From Vicugna vicugna (lineage: Eukaryota): 64,000 bases of DNA. Location of the stretch: assembly GCA_013265495.1 (NCBI GenBank), contig MU061168.1, positions 1,710,209 through 1,774,208 on the forward strand. Direction: 5' to 3'. Under the pieces are notes generated by a model, which worked only from the letters and a program-made list of their open reading frames with translations, was not told the origin of the DNA and made no database searches. Positions 37,976 to 50,753 of the stretch are shown piece by piece. The number at the start of each line of letters is the position of its first letter. Position 1 is the first letter of the stretch. Position numbers and translations under genes: made by a program.

Positions 37976-39199
37976 CTTAAGTAAGAGCTTAATAACTCAT
38001 TTTACATGAAGATAACAACGCTATTTGATACTTAAGTTTTCTTAGCATTTTCCAGATTTATGTGTTAGACGAGTTAATCCTCAATTCTATGTTATCTACT
38101 TTGTCAGCCAAAAGAGAGAATCTTGGTCTCCTCAGGAAATTTAGTGAACAATAAAGCAGATGTAAAGGCACAATTTGGATATTTCAAGTTCAAAGACTTG
38201 TCTAAAGTATTAACTTCTTATAGACAGCTTAAGTCAGGTGTAATCATACAACAATCTCAGATGTGGTGGACACTTTTTTTTTAGTTTATAATATAGGGAT
38301 GATGGAGTTGGGGGGAAAAATCACTTCTATTATTATTGATAGAAACGCAAAGTCATATCATTATACGTAATGCTGGTCCTCTGAGCACTTTTCACGCACA
38401 CGTTTATCAGTTTTTGAGTCCAGTGGTTCTCACCTAATAATCTCCTGAGTAGGTAACAAGCCAGAGGCCCATCAGATTTGAACAGAACCCTTCCTAAGAG
38501 CCCAGCAGCCTTTTTCCTGATGAGGACGATCCAAATGTTGGAGGGGCTATGGACAGCCCTTGACTGTGACTCCAAACTGGAAACACTTGAAAGAGAGCTG
38601 GGAGGATAGTTTGCCTAACAGTGGACTTTCAGGCTTCGCTTGTTCCTGGAGAAATGGTCCCACAGCATGAGCCTGGGCTAGTAAAGCAGGGGCAGGCCCT
38701 ACAGTGGCCAGATGGTCAGTGCCAAGAAGACAAAACGGAGTGAGGCTGAGCAGGTTCGGTTAAGTTAGACTAGTCACAGTGGGGAAGAAAAGGTCCCCAC
38801 TGGGCCTGATTGGTGCTAAGAAGAACTCAAGGGGGCTGAGGTGTTTGTTTCTGTCATGGAGCTCTGGCCCTGTCCATGGTGGGCCTTCCTCTAGGGACCT
38901 TAGGCCTCAGGTGGCCAAAGATGCTCTGCATCTCCTAGAAGAGATGGTCCTCCTCATCCAGCCAGGGGCCTTTCATTTCCAGAACTCATGCTCTAGGCTT
39001 GCTCCTCAGGGCCAGGATTTCTGTTTTATGTCAATGGCTAGTTATTCCTAAAATCTACTCCCCCCTTCTAACTTACTGACAAACTCTGGTTTTGTGGGGG
39101 CTAATAGTATGCCCAGCTTAAAAACAAAAGAAAACAACACATTTCCAAGTTCCTTAATGGATAACAGTACCCATGTGATGTTCTGGTAAGTGAGGTATA

Positions 39200-39605
39200 A
39201 TCTTGCCGGGGCAAGGTTCCCTGAGCACTGGAAGTTGATGAGTAGTGTGCTTCTGGGAAAGTGCCTTTAAAATGGGGGCTGACTGGCTGGGCATGTACAT
39301 TTTTACATGCACCCCCATTATCCTCTAACCTTTACCTTCCTTCTTATTTGCCCTTTACTCCTTCACCTTCTTCCTTCTTCTTGCCTCCTACCTGGAACTC
39401 TGATGCGATTGCCAGAGCCACAGTATTCATTTTGCAACCACGAGGCAACCCTGAGACTAGAAACCATGCTCTAAGATTTGCAGAGTATCAGCAACAACAG
39501 TCCTAGATGTCAACCTCCAGACTTCACATGGAAAACTAAATTCTTATCTTATTCAAGTCACTGTAGTTGGGCATCTGTACTTTGTAGCTTAATATCATCC
39601 TGATT
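39200..39605 (+). mobile_element. MLT1J/K-like MaLR LTR
   Basis: cttgcctcctacctggaactctgatg...cattttgcaaccacgagg...cctccagacttc...caagtcactgtagttggg. Confidence 0.75.
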
Positions 39606-40479
39606 AGGGTACTTGTCTTCTAGCTGGACCACCTATGATAGGGGTGGGAGGTTGGATGGAAGGAGGAAGTGTCTCCTTCACTTTAAAAGATCTGTTGCAT
39701 TTAGTTTCCATGGAAGGATGACATGATTGTCAGAGAGGACTTCCTTGACTCAGTTGTCCTTTCCAGCTGGGGGACTGGGAGGAGGTGGGCATTTGGGAGA
39801 AAACAGTGTCTGGAGGACCAGACAACCAGCATAGAACCAGCAGGAGCCGACACTGCCCTGGGAGCTGCATCCAGACCTCACCACCTGCCTGTCCCTTGGT
39901 TTGCTCAGAGAAGCCTGGCGATCTGAGATTCCATCGAACCTGATGAACCTTCAACTTGGAAAGAATCCTAACAAAATCTCTTTCTCCAAGACTCCAAAGT
40001 CTGTGTTCCATAGTCAGTCTCTTGATATTATTTATGTCTTTTAGAAAAACAAAAAACCTGATTTGTTTAAATTAGAGCTCCTGGTCTGGAGAGTGTGTAC
40101 CTCTGAGGGCCTGATACTTCTTGATCACGTCCTGAGACCTGGGGCTCCCAGCATTTGAAAATTTAATTCTCAGGACCCAAAACTAATCCTGCTAGTTCCC
40201 TAGCAGGAGAAGCCTTTCTCAAACTTTCTTCAAGCATTAGGTGATGTGATTGCAAGTAGACACCTACTTGAGAACCCCGTTCATCCTCCCCTTTTACAAC
40301 TGAATTACCGTAATTAATCACGTATAATACATATTTGCCATTAATTATGTTTTTCTGTGCAGGCTTTTCTGTCTCACCTTTAAGCAGCCCCAGCAAACCC
40401 CTCCCTGTCCTCTGCATTTTCTTCCTCCCCTTCCCTGCCTTCATCTCCTGGGGCCTGTGTCTGCCGAAGGCCCATTAAA

Positions 40480-40920
40480 GTAATCATTTCCCACCCTGCC
40501 CCCAACAGCACCGCGCACCTGGTAATAAATAATATGATCATTGCCTAACAGGCACTCGGAAGAGCCCTGTGATAAATAAAGAGACTTCTCATCTCTCCAC
40601 AGGCTCTGCAGCGAGGGCTGGCAGAGGAGAGAGAGTTGGCTATTAAAGAACTCACATAGCCACAGGCAAATTCTCTCACCGCATCTCCTTGTGGAGACCT
40701 TTCCTTAAAAGCCGAGATTGCTCTGATGGTTCAAGGTGCTATTGAGCTCTAACCGGGGACAATTACAAGACTCCAGTCACAGCATCTGAGGCGATGCTTG
40801 TGTCTGATAAGGTTGCTGGAGAATAATGCAGAGGAGCGAGGCCGATAATGGGTTGCTGAAAGGCTGGGCATCTTCGCCCAGAGCCGGAAGACAGAAGCGG
40901 CCCAGCGCTGCGGCGGGAGG
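40480..40920. promoter_or_regulatory. Candidate enhancer or conserved non-coding element
   Basis: No repeat recognised; TAAT/ATTA motifs, GATA sites (TGATAA twice), ACAAT, and a terminal CpG cluster. Confidence 0.35.
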
Positions 40921-41718
40921 GCTTCCCCCTACCCCACCCCCCAAATTCTTTTCCATTTTTATTGCATTAAAAAAACCACTCTCTAAACATGCACTTCAGA
41001 AATGATTTTTTTTCCCTAGCTCCAAGCTAGTAATACTCCTTACCAACTGATTTTTATAGCATGAGAGCTTTTGAGAATAATTCTGCTTTTGTCATTCAGT
41101 TTTTTTCTTTCTTTCTTTCTTGTTTTGTTTTGAGAAAACCAGAGAGGGAACAATTGTATTTTGTCCCTTCCCTTTCCCCGGTTGTGTGGTTGTTCCCTAT
41201 CATTTTCTACCTTGCCTTGTTCTTTGGCTTCAAAAACCTTTTATAAAAGCCAAAAACAAAAGCCCACAACCACATTCTTTCATGGCATTTTTTTTCCGTT
41301 TTCTTTCCGTCTTCCTGCCTGTAGTCTGTTGTCTTTGGGAACCCCCCGCACCCCCATCTCTCAGCTCAGATTTGAGGAAAGCCAATTTCCAGGGTTCATC
41401 AAATTTAGAAATTCAGGCCATTTCAGCAAACACCATCTAAAAAGACAAAAGATGTGAATTCAGTCCCAAGACAGGTTATCCTTAAGCAACCTGGAGACAA
41501 GAGGGACCAGGGATGAAGGAGGGGTTCTATTAGTTTGCCTTTCCCAGTGTGGCCAGGAGCCTAGATTTCCTGCCGGATCAAGGCAGGGCCAGGAGAATAG
41601 GGGCCAGGGGACTAGTTTGGAGGCTGGGACCACGCAGTTGGAATTTCCCTGTTCTTTGTCTCTCTCACTTTTGGACTCTAGAAGAAGTCTGGTGAACCAA
41701 AGACAATTCCTTCTGTGA

Positions 41719-41761
41719 GTGTGTGTGTGTGTGCGCGCGTGCGCACGCACGCACACGTATG
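41719..41761. repeat. 43-bp alternating purine-pyrimidine tract (TG/CG/CA), potential Z-DNA
   Basis: gtgtgtgtgtgtgtgcgcgcgtgcgcacgcacgcacacgtatg. Confidence 0.9.
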
Positions 41762-42984
41762 GCAGGGGGAGGGGGGCAGCATCAGTCAACCCAGGCTGTC
41801 GTGCTCAGTCATGTTTCTCTCATCACTTGAAGCTACTTCTAAGGGAGAATCAAGTTAATAAGAACACTTGCTGATCTCGGAAAATATAAGCTTGGGCCCA
41901 AATGAACACAGGTGGATCAATAATGAATTATAACAAGATTAATGCATTAATAACAACAGATTAATATAAAAGAGTGTAACTGTCAGGTTCTGGGCCATGT
42001 GGTACAGATTCCAGATGTTAGTGGAACCCACAATACCCGGAAAATGGTGAGAGCTTGGGTAGTTGGAGCCATCACTGGGGACAAAGTGGGCTTTATCTGG
42101 GCCTTGAAGGATGAAAAGATCTCTTCCTGACCTCAGGCTTCCAGAGAGAAGCCATTCACCTTCAGTCCTCCTTTAAGGCTGTCTTCATGATTGCATGGTG
42201 CCTGCAGCCTGCTGCATACAAAGGTGAACATACCTGCATCTATGATTCTACTTCCAAGTCCTATTTTGAATCTCCACGAATACTTGCCCAGAACAGAGGG
42301 CACTGGATCTGATGTCACTTCAGTACTGGTGGTTTCTGACTCCCTCTGCATTAGCAGTGGGAAAAATCAGACCTGCTCCATACAACTTAAGGCTCAAATG
42401 AGGGTGATGAGAAAGGAGGCACAGGAAATCAGAAGAGACCAGGATTCCCGTCCTCACTGTCTGCAACCTTGGGCGAATCCTTTCTCATCCCTGGGCTTCT
42501 ATTTCCTAATCTTCTCTGATGAGTTGATGAGATCAATCCCAAGGTCCTTTGGGGCCACAGCCCTCAAGATGCTGGTGGCCATGTCCAGGAGGCCAGCCAC
42601 GCCTGCTGACTTGCCCTGCGACAGCTCATGTTGAACAGTTGGCAATTGCAAACACTCCCTCCTGAGTTGCACAAAGATCCAGTAGGATTTCTCAGTCCTC
42701 TGTTCTGGTGTGGCCAGTAGGTAATGGCCAAGCAGGCATCTAGAATTAGGGATTTCTAGTCATAGAAAAGAGCTGGGATTCCAAGGGAGAGTCTTAGGAA
42801 TTCTTACAGTGAGTGCTGTCCTGTCACGTATGGCCCTACTTGAAAGGAAAATATAGGCATAGGGCCTGAGAATAGAATTTTTATAGTTTAAATTCAGGGG
42901 TTTGGGCAACACATGAATTAGGAAAAAAATCTATAGCTTTAATTCATTTCAGAACAATCGGCCCCTCAAATGGTGAATCTGGGA

Positions 42985-43978
42985 CCTGAACCAGCGACAT
43001 AATTTGTGAGGCCCAGGACAAAGTGAAGATGTGGAGTCCCTTGTTCAAAGATGATTAAGACAGAATGGTGATTATTTAAAAGTCCACAAATGATAGATGC
43101 TGGTGAGGGTGTGGAGAAAGGGAAGGGAACCCCCCTACACAGCTGGTGGGAATGCAGTTTGGTGCAGCCATTATGGAAAACATTGTAAAGATTCCTTAAA
43201 AAACTGAAAATACACTCACCTTATGATCCAGCAATTCCACTCCTGGGCTTATATCTGGAGGAAACGCTAACTCAGAAAGATACATGCACCCCAATGTTCA
43301 TAGCAGCACTATTTACAACAGCCAAGACATGGAAACAGCCTAAATGTCCATCGACAGATGACTGGATAAAGAAGCTGTGGTGTATTTATACAATGGAATA
43401 CTACTCAGCCATAAAATATTATAAAATAATACCATTTGCAGCAATATGGAAGTCCCTGGAGAATGTCATTCTAAGTGAAGTAAGCCAGAAAGAGAAAGAA
43501 AAATACCATATGAGATTGCTCATATGTGGAATCTTAATAAAAAAGATGCAAATGAACTTATTTACAAAACAGAAGCAGACTCACAGACATAGAAAACAAA
43601 CTTATGGTTACCAGTGGGGGAAGAGAGTAGGAAGGGATAAATTGGGAATTCAAGATTTGCAGATCCTAACTACTACATATAAAATTGATTAACAAGTTTA
43701 TACTGTACAGCACAGGGAACTATATTTAATATCTTGCAGTAACCTACAGTGAAAAAGAATACATATATATGACTGAAACATTATGCCATACACCAGAAAT
43801 GGACACAACATCGTAAGCTGACTATACTTTAATAAAAATATATATACATATAATAAAAAAAAGGATGATTAAGGATCTCAACTGGCAAGAGCAGAGCATT
43901 AAACCAAGCGTGGGGCCCCCTTGTAAGTGCAGGGCCCTGTGCTTTCACATGGATCATGCCCCCATGAAGTCAGCCCTG
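42985..43978 (-). mobile_element. MER45A-like hAT-Tip100 MITE split by a young L1 (pieces about 42985-43059 and 43861-43978)
   Basis: cataatttgtgaggccca...cccttgttcaaa and cagagcattaaaccaagcgtggggccc...ccatgaagtcagccctg. Confidence 0.82.
43060..43860 (+). mobile_element. Young cetartiodactyl L1, 5'-truncated (ORF2 C-terminus plus 3'UTR plus A tail)
   Basis: ORF 43294-43692 MFIAALFTTAKTWKQPKCPSTDDWIKKLWCIYTMEYYSAIK is the L1 ORF2p C-terminus. TSD aaagatgattaag (43047-43059) / aaggatgattaag (43861-43873), 12/13. Confidence 0.96.
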
Positions 43979-45736
43979 CTGGGTACCCTCACAGAGGAGG
44001 CGAGGATGGTGAATACTGGGCCAGCAGAATGCGGCAAGTCCAGGGAGGTCACGTTGCTTACTTTAGGTAATGAACTTACTGTAGCATCCAGCTGACTGGG
44101 TTCCAGACACAGGGTGAGTATAAGCCTGACATTTCCTGGGGGATTCTAATTGAAAGCATTCTCTAGTGTTACTGCCCATTGTCTGACTATAGTTTGCTAT
44201 TTGTTTTTTAGTTATTTTGTTGCTCAGAAAGCTCAGCCATCAAATACATTAAAAATGTTCATAAATTTTTGGTCCTTTTATTCCAGTGCAAAAAGTAAGT
44301 ATTGGATTGATATTCTATGTTGTACAAGACGATGTGGGGAATGCAGAGGCCATTACTCTGGTCTTCAAGGAGTGACAAGCCTCAGGCACTGATCAAAGCA
44401 AGCCCAGAAGTACGTCTCCATAAGGATACTTTGTTAGTCATCAGAATGTGCAACTTGATGTATCCGGACGCAACAAATGGATTTCCTTAGCTATAGTCTG
44501 TGGGTCAGGCCTGTGACTTTTCCAGGCTTAGTATTCAGGAGTCTGGTAATTGAACAGTGACCCAAAGATGCCTAAAATATCTTCTTTAAAACCTTTTGCT
44601 GAAGCACAGATTTAAATCAGGGCTGCGGGCTGGGGTAGAGCTGCCAGCCACTTGCTCACATCTGCCTTTTGCTGCGGCCTTGGGACTTCTTGGGACCAAG
44701 TCTATGGGGCAGGAGCATGTAGGAAGAGGGGGATTCACAAGGACTGAGAATCTACCCTTCTAAAATGTTAAGGCATAAATGTGAGTCAAGCTTTTTGCTT
44801 ATTCAGGCAGACTGCCTCCTAGTTAGTCTGACAGAGGAAGCTTCTGCTGAATTTCTCCTCTGTATCTGTGTATTTTTATGCCGTGCTTCCCCACCTCTCC
44901 CATTGATTTATATTTTCCCACTGTTGCTTACACTCCTAAGGAGTCTGAACTCTTCCAGCATAAGCCTTGTGTCTCTGTCCTTTCCCACACAGGTGACAGG
45001 GACTCAGTGCTCCTATGTGTCAAAGGAAATATACAAATCAATAACAGAAGGTACTAGCATAGTTTGTGTTTGGCTGGAACGATTTGAAAAGAATATTTTA
45101 CTTGTAAGCCTGTTAAATATTTGGGGCCTCGAGTAGCTAATGGTAATATGAAAAGGTAAGATTTATAAGTCAAAAGACGTTTCTAGGTTTCCAGAAAAGA
45201 TTTATGAATTGCTGTTTATCAAGAACTGACTTTCTAAAGAGCCATGAGTCCTTGGTGCTAGCACCCTAGGAGTTCCATAATGATCATCTCAGAAAGCCCC
45301 AATTCCATGCATTAAATAAACTCTGAGACCCCTGTTTTGTTCCTCAAGGGCCTTTAGATCTAGCTTTCAGCATGAAAGCCAACGTCAGGACTAGATTGCG
45401 GGCAGGGGTGGGCGTGTTATTAAAAGAAGAATAAGCAGTTGCATTTGCCATGAGACATTTTCTCGTGTTTCTGGAGAACTTTTGAGCACCAGTATCATCC
45501 CCTCCACACAGCCCCTAAGTGAAGAGGGTTCCTCAGAGCACCACAGCTTCCACCCAAGAGCCCTGGCTCTTTTCAAAAGTGCGCATATACTAAAAAGCCC
45601 TCACTGATTCAGTTTAAAGTTAGGGAAGTCCCTCACGTCTTTAAAAAAAGAAAAAAGAAAAAGCAAGAAAAAATAATTCTTAGTTTTCCAGAGTTCTAAA
45701 ACTTATTTTTTTAAATTAAAAAATTTAAGCTGCAGA

Positions 45737-46084
45737 NNNNNNNNNNNNNNNNNNNNNNNNNNNNNNNNNNNNNNNNNNNNNNNNNNNNNNNNNNNNNNNN
45801 NNNNNNNNNNNNNNNNNNNNNNNNNNNNNNNNNNNNNNNNNNNNNNNNNNNNNNNNNNNNNNNNNNNNAAAAAATGGGAGCTGCGATTATTTTAATACTG
45901 TCTCACTGATATTCAATAACTCACCCTTCTATTTCCTATTGTCCNNNNNNNNNNNNNNNNNNNNNNNNNNNNNNNNNNNNNNNNNNNNNNNNNNNNNNNN
46001 NNNNNNNNNNNNNNNNNNNNNNNNNNNNNNNNNNNNNNNNNNNNNNNNNNNNNNNNNNNNNNNNNNNNNNNNNNNNNNNNNNNN
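45737..46084. other. Two N-masked blocks (132 bp and 140 bp) with a 76-bp linker; putative conserved element or minus-strand exon
   Basis: A minus-strand polypyrimidine tract abuts the mask at 46085, and a minus-strand AGG|GTGAGT donor lies at 45925/45924. Confidence 0.4.
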
Positions 46085-46569
46085 AGAAAGAGAGGGGGAG
46101 AGAGAAAAGGGAATTAATCCAGTGCTCTGAACTGCCCTCTCATCTTAATGCTTTAAATACATTCTAAGAGAATATCACACATGAGAAGGCTATTTTTGGG
46201 CAAGGGCCAGTCTTTACTTTGGCTTCTCAACTTTTTTTCCATCTTTCCTTCTTCCCTCCCTTTAGTCTACCAAGACAGGTCTCCCTTCCTTTCTCCATTC
46301 CCAAGATCTTCAAAACCCACCAGTGAGAGCTGTATTTAAAAGCCAAGCTCCCGACATAATCTGTCCACACATCTCCCCCTGCCCCACTCCTTCCCCCTCC
46401 ATCACCTGCGGTGCTGCTCCCTCCAACGCACCCTGTGCATCCCTGCCTCTGGGCTTCTAGACTTGTTCTTGCCTCCTTTCCTCTACTTTTCCCTCTTCCT
46501 GCACATCCTAAATATTCTTCAAGTCCCAACTTCTCTAGGATCGTATCTCTATGTAGCTTCTTACAAAGT

Positions 46570-46745
46570 GTAATAATAATAAAACATTATAACTATAAAT
46601 ATTTATTAAGCAATTCTAGTGTGTTAGGCAATTTACTTGCATTGTATCATTTAATCCTTTTAATAATCCCTGGGAGATTATCCCAACCTCATAGGTGAGT
46701 TCTGGGACTAGGAAAAGGTTAAGCCAGTTGTCAAAGGTTGGATAA
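46570..46745 (-). mobile_element. MIR SINE
   Basis: tatttattaagca...gtatcatttaatccttttaataatccctgggag...aggttaagccagttgtcaaagg. Confidence 0.75.
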
Positions 46746-46996
46746 GTCTTGAATGGGAGAACTGGAGGTAGGCTGCTGACATCTGCTTCCGCTTGCAGTT
46801 GGAACACAGTAGATTCTCAGTGCCTACTTAAAGGTATGGATTTTTCCTATGAACTTTATCATTTTCACTGTATGCACTCAATCACCATGTAAGCCCATTT
46901 TAGCTGTTCTAGAGACATACATGATACAACCTTTCCTCTGAAAATGAGTAAGTGCTGACACACTATCTCATAGATACTAACAATTGATCAATTGGT

Positions 46997-47390
46997 TGAT
47001 TAATTCATTCATCCATTTAACCATCACTAACTGAGCACTTCCATGTGCAAGCCACCGTTCTAGGCACTGGCGGATACAGTAGTAAAGAAAATACACAGAA
47101 AATTTGTGCCCTCATTGTGTTGCCCATATTCTAGTTGGGAGAGGCAGAAAAACAAAGCTATGCAGAAGAATAAAGCAGGAGAGGAGATGGGGGCTGCTAG
47201 AAGAGGGGAGGGTTCCAATTTTAAATAGAAATATCAGAGGAAAACTCACTGAGCACAGACCAGAAGAAGGTGATGGAATGTGGACATTTGTGTCAAGAGT
47301 CATCCAGGCAGAAGAAAAAGCAAAGACAAAGGTGAGAACATGCCTGAAATGTCCAAGAACCAGCAGTAAGGTCAGGGTAGCTCACGTACC
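46997..47390 (-). mobile_element. L2 3' region
   Basis: ttcattcatccatttaa...ctgagcacttccatgtgcaagccaccgttctaggcactgg...ccaggcagaag. Confidence 0.85.
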
Positions 47391-47556
47391 TCTAATTATA
47401 GAGAGAAATTCTAAGTACATGTGTATGTAGACATCGGTAAACGTTGAATATAGACCCACATGGGCAGGCAGATCCCCAAAGTCCACACATGGATTTTGAG
47501 CAGGAAGACAGGAAAGGTGTATAAATGAATCACTCTAAAAACAGTACTGGAATAGT

Positions 47557-47900
47557 TAGTGTTTTAGTCTAGGTTCCCTAGAAGACAGTCAAGGATGAAG
47601 AGCTGAGTATCTGGGAGGTCAAATCCCAGGACAGAGAGAGCATAAAGGTGAGGGAGGCAGGGAGGAGAGGAAGCAGAGAAAGAGAATGGGATGATGCATG
47701 ACTTCCCTGGTCACTGTCTTACCAGGAGCCTGGAGGAGACAAGCAGGTGACTTTGCAGGGGCAACTGCAGGGCCAGGCAGGGCAGCTCCAAAAGCTGCAT
47801 TTGGCCCAGTCCACGGGAAGGAGAAAGAAGAGGAAATTTATTGGTGGGCTCTGTATCATGGCCTGTTTCCTGTCGGTAAAATTTCATTCTGTAGGTCACT
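47557..47900 (-). mobile_element. Old MLT1 (J/K/L-like) LTR
   Basis: ttagtctaggttccctagaag...tctgggaggtcaaatcccagga. Confidence 0.55.
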
Positions 47901-48059
47901 AACCACCACTACTCATCCTCCAATCCCCCCCAACCTGGGACTTCTGGGTTGTGACATCCAGCTCCCTTGGCCAGTTCCCATGCCTGTGGGGTGGATCTCA
48001 TCAGAGTCTAGAAGTGGCAGAAGGGGACAGGGACGAGACTTGCATCTGATTAGCCTGGC

Positions 48060-48215
48060 TGCACAGCTGCGGCCTAAGCGGGCGGGGACCCAGCATCCCC
48101 AGGCAAGCAGCTGGCGTGGCCGCAGTCAGAGGGAAGTGTGGGGTCTGGGTGGAGGTGGGAGGCAGGAGCAGCAGCTGAGACAGAGCCAGTGGCTGAGGGC
48201 CTGGAGGTGGCGCTG
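48060..48215. promoter_or_regulatory. E-box cluster with GC box and CTCF-like site
   Basis: CAGCTG at 48064, 48108 and 48172; GGGCGGGG 48080-48087; CCTGGAGGTGGCGCT 48200-48214. Confidence 0.35.
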
Positions 48216-49399
48216 CTGAAGGAATCTGAGGCGGCACAAAAGATGTGTCTGATACAACAGAAAGCAGCACTACCTCTCAAAAGCAGGTGCTTATACAACC
48301 CTAAAAACAAGTTAGACAGAAGGCCTACTTCCCTTCAGTTTAGGATCAATTGTGTGTGTGAGAGAGAGAGACCAGAGGAGGAGTGAAAGATGGATTGGGA
48401 GAACAGCCGTCTAAGCTATAACTAAGAAAATAGAACAGAGAAAGACGTGGATCTGATCCTCTCTCGAGAATACCAAATAGCTACACACACCCTTACCTTT
48501 ACCAGGTCAATCCTGACTGCAAGACGGCCCCACAGATGTTACAGCCAGTGGGGGAGTATGGAAATCTAGGTCAGAGGATATAAAAAAAATTGAACCAACT
48601 TAACTGAATATGAATGTCTTACTTTTTAAAATGGGCAAATGTGGGAAGTGGATGGAGTTAACCATGGCGGAAGAAAAACTTCACTGTGTGAGAATTACAT
48701 GTATCTAAAATACTAGATGACCTATTCTGCTATTTTTTTTTCAATTTTCAAATCATGTGGTTATTGGAAAGATCTAGTCAGAGCAGGAACTCCAGAAATT
48801 TAATTTTGTGAAATGTAATATTATTTATAAGGTGAAACAAATCTAGAGGGAACAGAAACATATAAATATATAATCAAGCGTATCACGAAGGCAGAACTGC
48901 AGACAACACATTTTTGGGCGTATGTCGGGAGAAACCTCTTTATAAAGATTGGATTTAGGCTTCCAGTTCTTTTCGCCTTGCTCCTTGCCCCTGGACCTGA
49001 TGCCTGATCGTGGAGTTACCTTTCCTTGGCCTTGCTCTGGTCTGCCTTCCCTCTGAAAAAGAGTTTGATGGCAATTCAGTCAATGAAATTGGTCTGTTGA
49101 GCTTTAAATTGGCATCATAGTAAGATCACATGTGGTTTGTGAGGCAGCTCTGTCATTAAGAGGTTGCTCACAGAATTGACAGCTAGACAGAGCCTGGAGT
49201 GTCACGGCAACCCTCCATTTCACACCTGGGTGAGCTGAAGTCTAAGGAGCATAAGAGACTCCCCAACACCTCACAACAGAAAGACATGCCTCCTGGCTTC
49301 TGTCAACATGCATTTCTAAGCATATACTTTCACTTCCACACACAGGTAGGAAGTATGAATAAAGAAGAGGTTTAAGATTCAGTTGACACAAACACCTCT

Positions 49400-49904
49400 T
49401 ATATTATTTATTGCTGCATAACAAATTACTCTAAAGCTTAGTGGCTTAAAATAACAAATATTTTTCGCTCACAATCTCTATTGGTCAGGAATTCAAGAGC
49501 AGCTCATGTAGGTGTTCCTGGCTCAGGGTCTCTCATCTTGCAGTCGCCATATTGCCTGGGGCTGCAGTCTTTTGCAAGCTTACCTGGGACTAGAGAGTTT
49601 GCGTTCAACATGGCTCTCTCACATGGCTACTGGCAGGTGGCCTCAGCTCCTAGTAACAGGCTCCTATGCAGGACTGTCATGTCTCATGACAAGGCAACTG
49701 GCTTCTGCCAGAGCAGGTGATCTAACAGCAAGGTGCAAACCACAATGCTTTCTGTGACCTCGTCTTGGAAGTCACATCCCATCACTTCTGTCACATTATT
49801 TTCATTATATACATCAGTCCTATTAATGTGGGAGGGCCTACACAAGAGTGTGAATACCAGGAGGTGGGGGTTATTTGGGGGCCATCATGGAGGCTGGCTA
49901 CCTC
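49400..49904 (-). mobile_element. MLT1E/F-like MaLR LTR
   Basis: attgctgcataacaaattactctaaagcttagtggcttaaaataac...gggggccatcatggaggctggctacctca. Confidence 0.9.
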
Positions 49905-50049
49905 AGGTTCTTTGAATCAAAACCAGAAATTCTTTCACTTGTTTGGAGACTCCAGTTTTAGTAACTATCATTATCAAGAAATCTTACTTATCTTTAATCA
50001 GTTCTGCTGCCTTTCAGGTTTTCAAACTCCTTTTTCATTTACCACCATC

Positions 50050-50220
50050 CTTGATCCCTACCACAATCCTAGAATAGAAAAGCAGGATTGGAATTTCTGT
50101 GTGAGACATGAAAAAGCCTGGGCACACAGAGATTAAGTAATTTGCTTACGGCCAGCCAGTGATGGAGCTGAGGGTAAGAATCCACTTCATTTAGATTCAT
50201 GCAATTTGACCATATCACCC
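50050..50220 (-). mobile_element. MIR SINE
   Basis: gcacacagagattaagtaatttgc...gtgatggagctgaggg. Confidence 0.68.
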
Positions 50221-50264
50221 TCTCTCCCTTTTCTTCGTCACCTTTCTTCCTCCTGATCATTACC

Positions 50265-50530
50265 CATCATTCCGTAAATGCTTTAGCTCATAGCTCAAAT
50301 TCTTCCTTTCTGCGTTATCTGATAGCATCCTTGATGACTTCATCGTCCAAGCAGATGAATCCTGTCATTATGCCGGTCTCTCAATTCCTTGGCCTTCACA
50401 TCTCCAAAGATCTCCTTCTCTCCACCCTAGTTATCCACAGCATGGACTGTCATACTGCTCTACCCCCAAATTCACTAATTCAAGCATCCAACTTCCTGAC
50501 CACAATCTCTCACAATCTTCTCTCCTTTCA
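50265..50530 (+). mobile_element. L2 internal fragment (APE endonuclease remnant)
   Basis: atc ctt gat gac ttc atc gtc resembles ILGDFNIH; ctt cct gac cac aat ctc resembles the SDH motif. Confidence 0.6.
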
Positions 50531-50538
50531 TTACTATT

Positions 50539-50750
50539 TGTGATGGTGATGGTTAATTTTATGTATCAATTTGTCTAGGCTACAGTAGCTGGTTGTGTGG
50601 CCAAATACCAGTCTAGATATTGCTGTGAAAGTATTGTTTAGGTGTGATTAACATTTTAATCAGTAGACATTGTGTAAAGCAGATTACCTTCCATAATGTA
50701 GGTGAGCCTCATCCAATCAGTGGAAGGCTTTAAGAACAAGGACTGAGGTG
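50539..50750 (+). mobile_element. MLT2-family ERVL LTR, 5' part
   Basis: tgatggttaattttatgtatcaattt...gcagattaccttccataatgtaggtgagcctcatccaatcagtggaagg. Confidence 0.88.
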
Positions 50751-50753
50751 CTC

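Noticed and set aside
43294-43692. 132-aa ORF as a host gene
   Set aside because: It is the C-terminus of L1 ORF2p in a truncated element.
47698-48219. 173-aa ORF
   Set aside because: It begins inside an MLT1 LTR and has no recognisable homology or exon signals.
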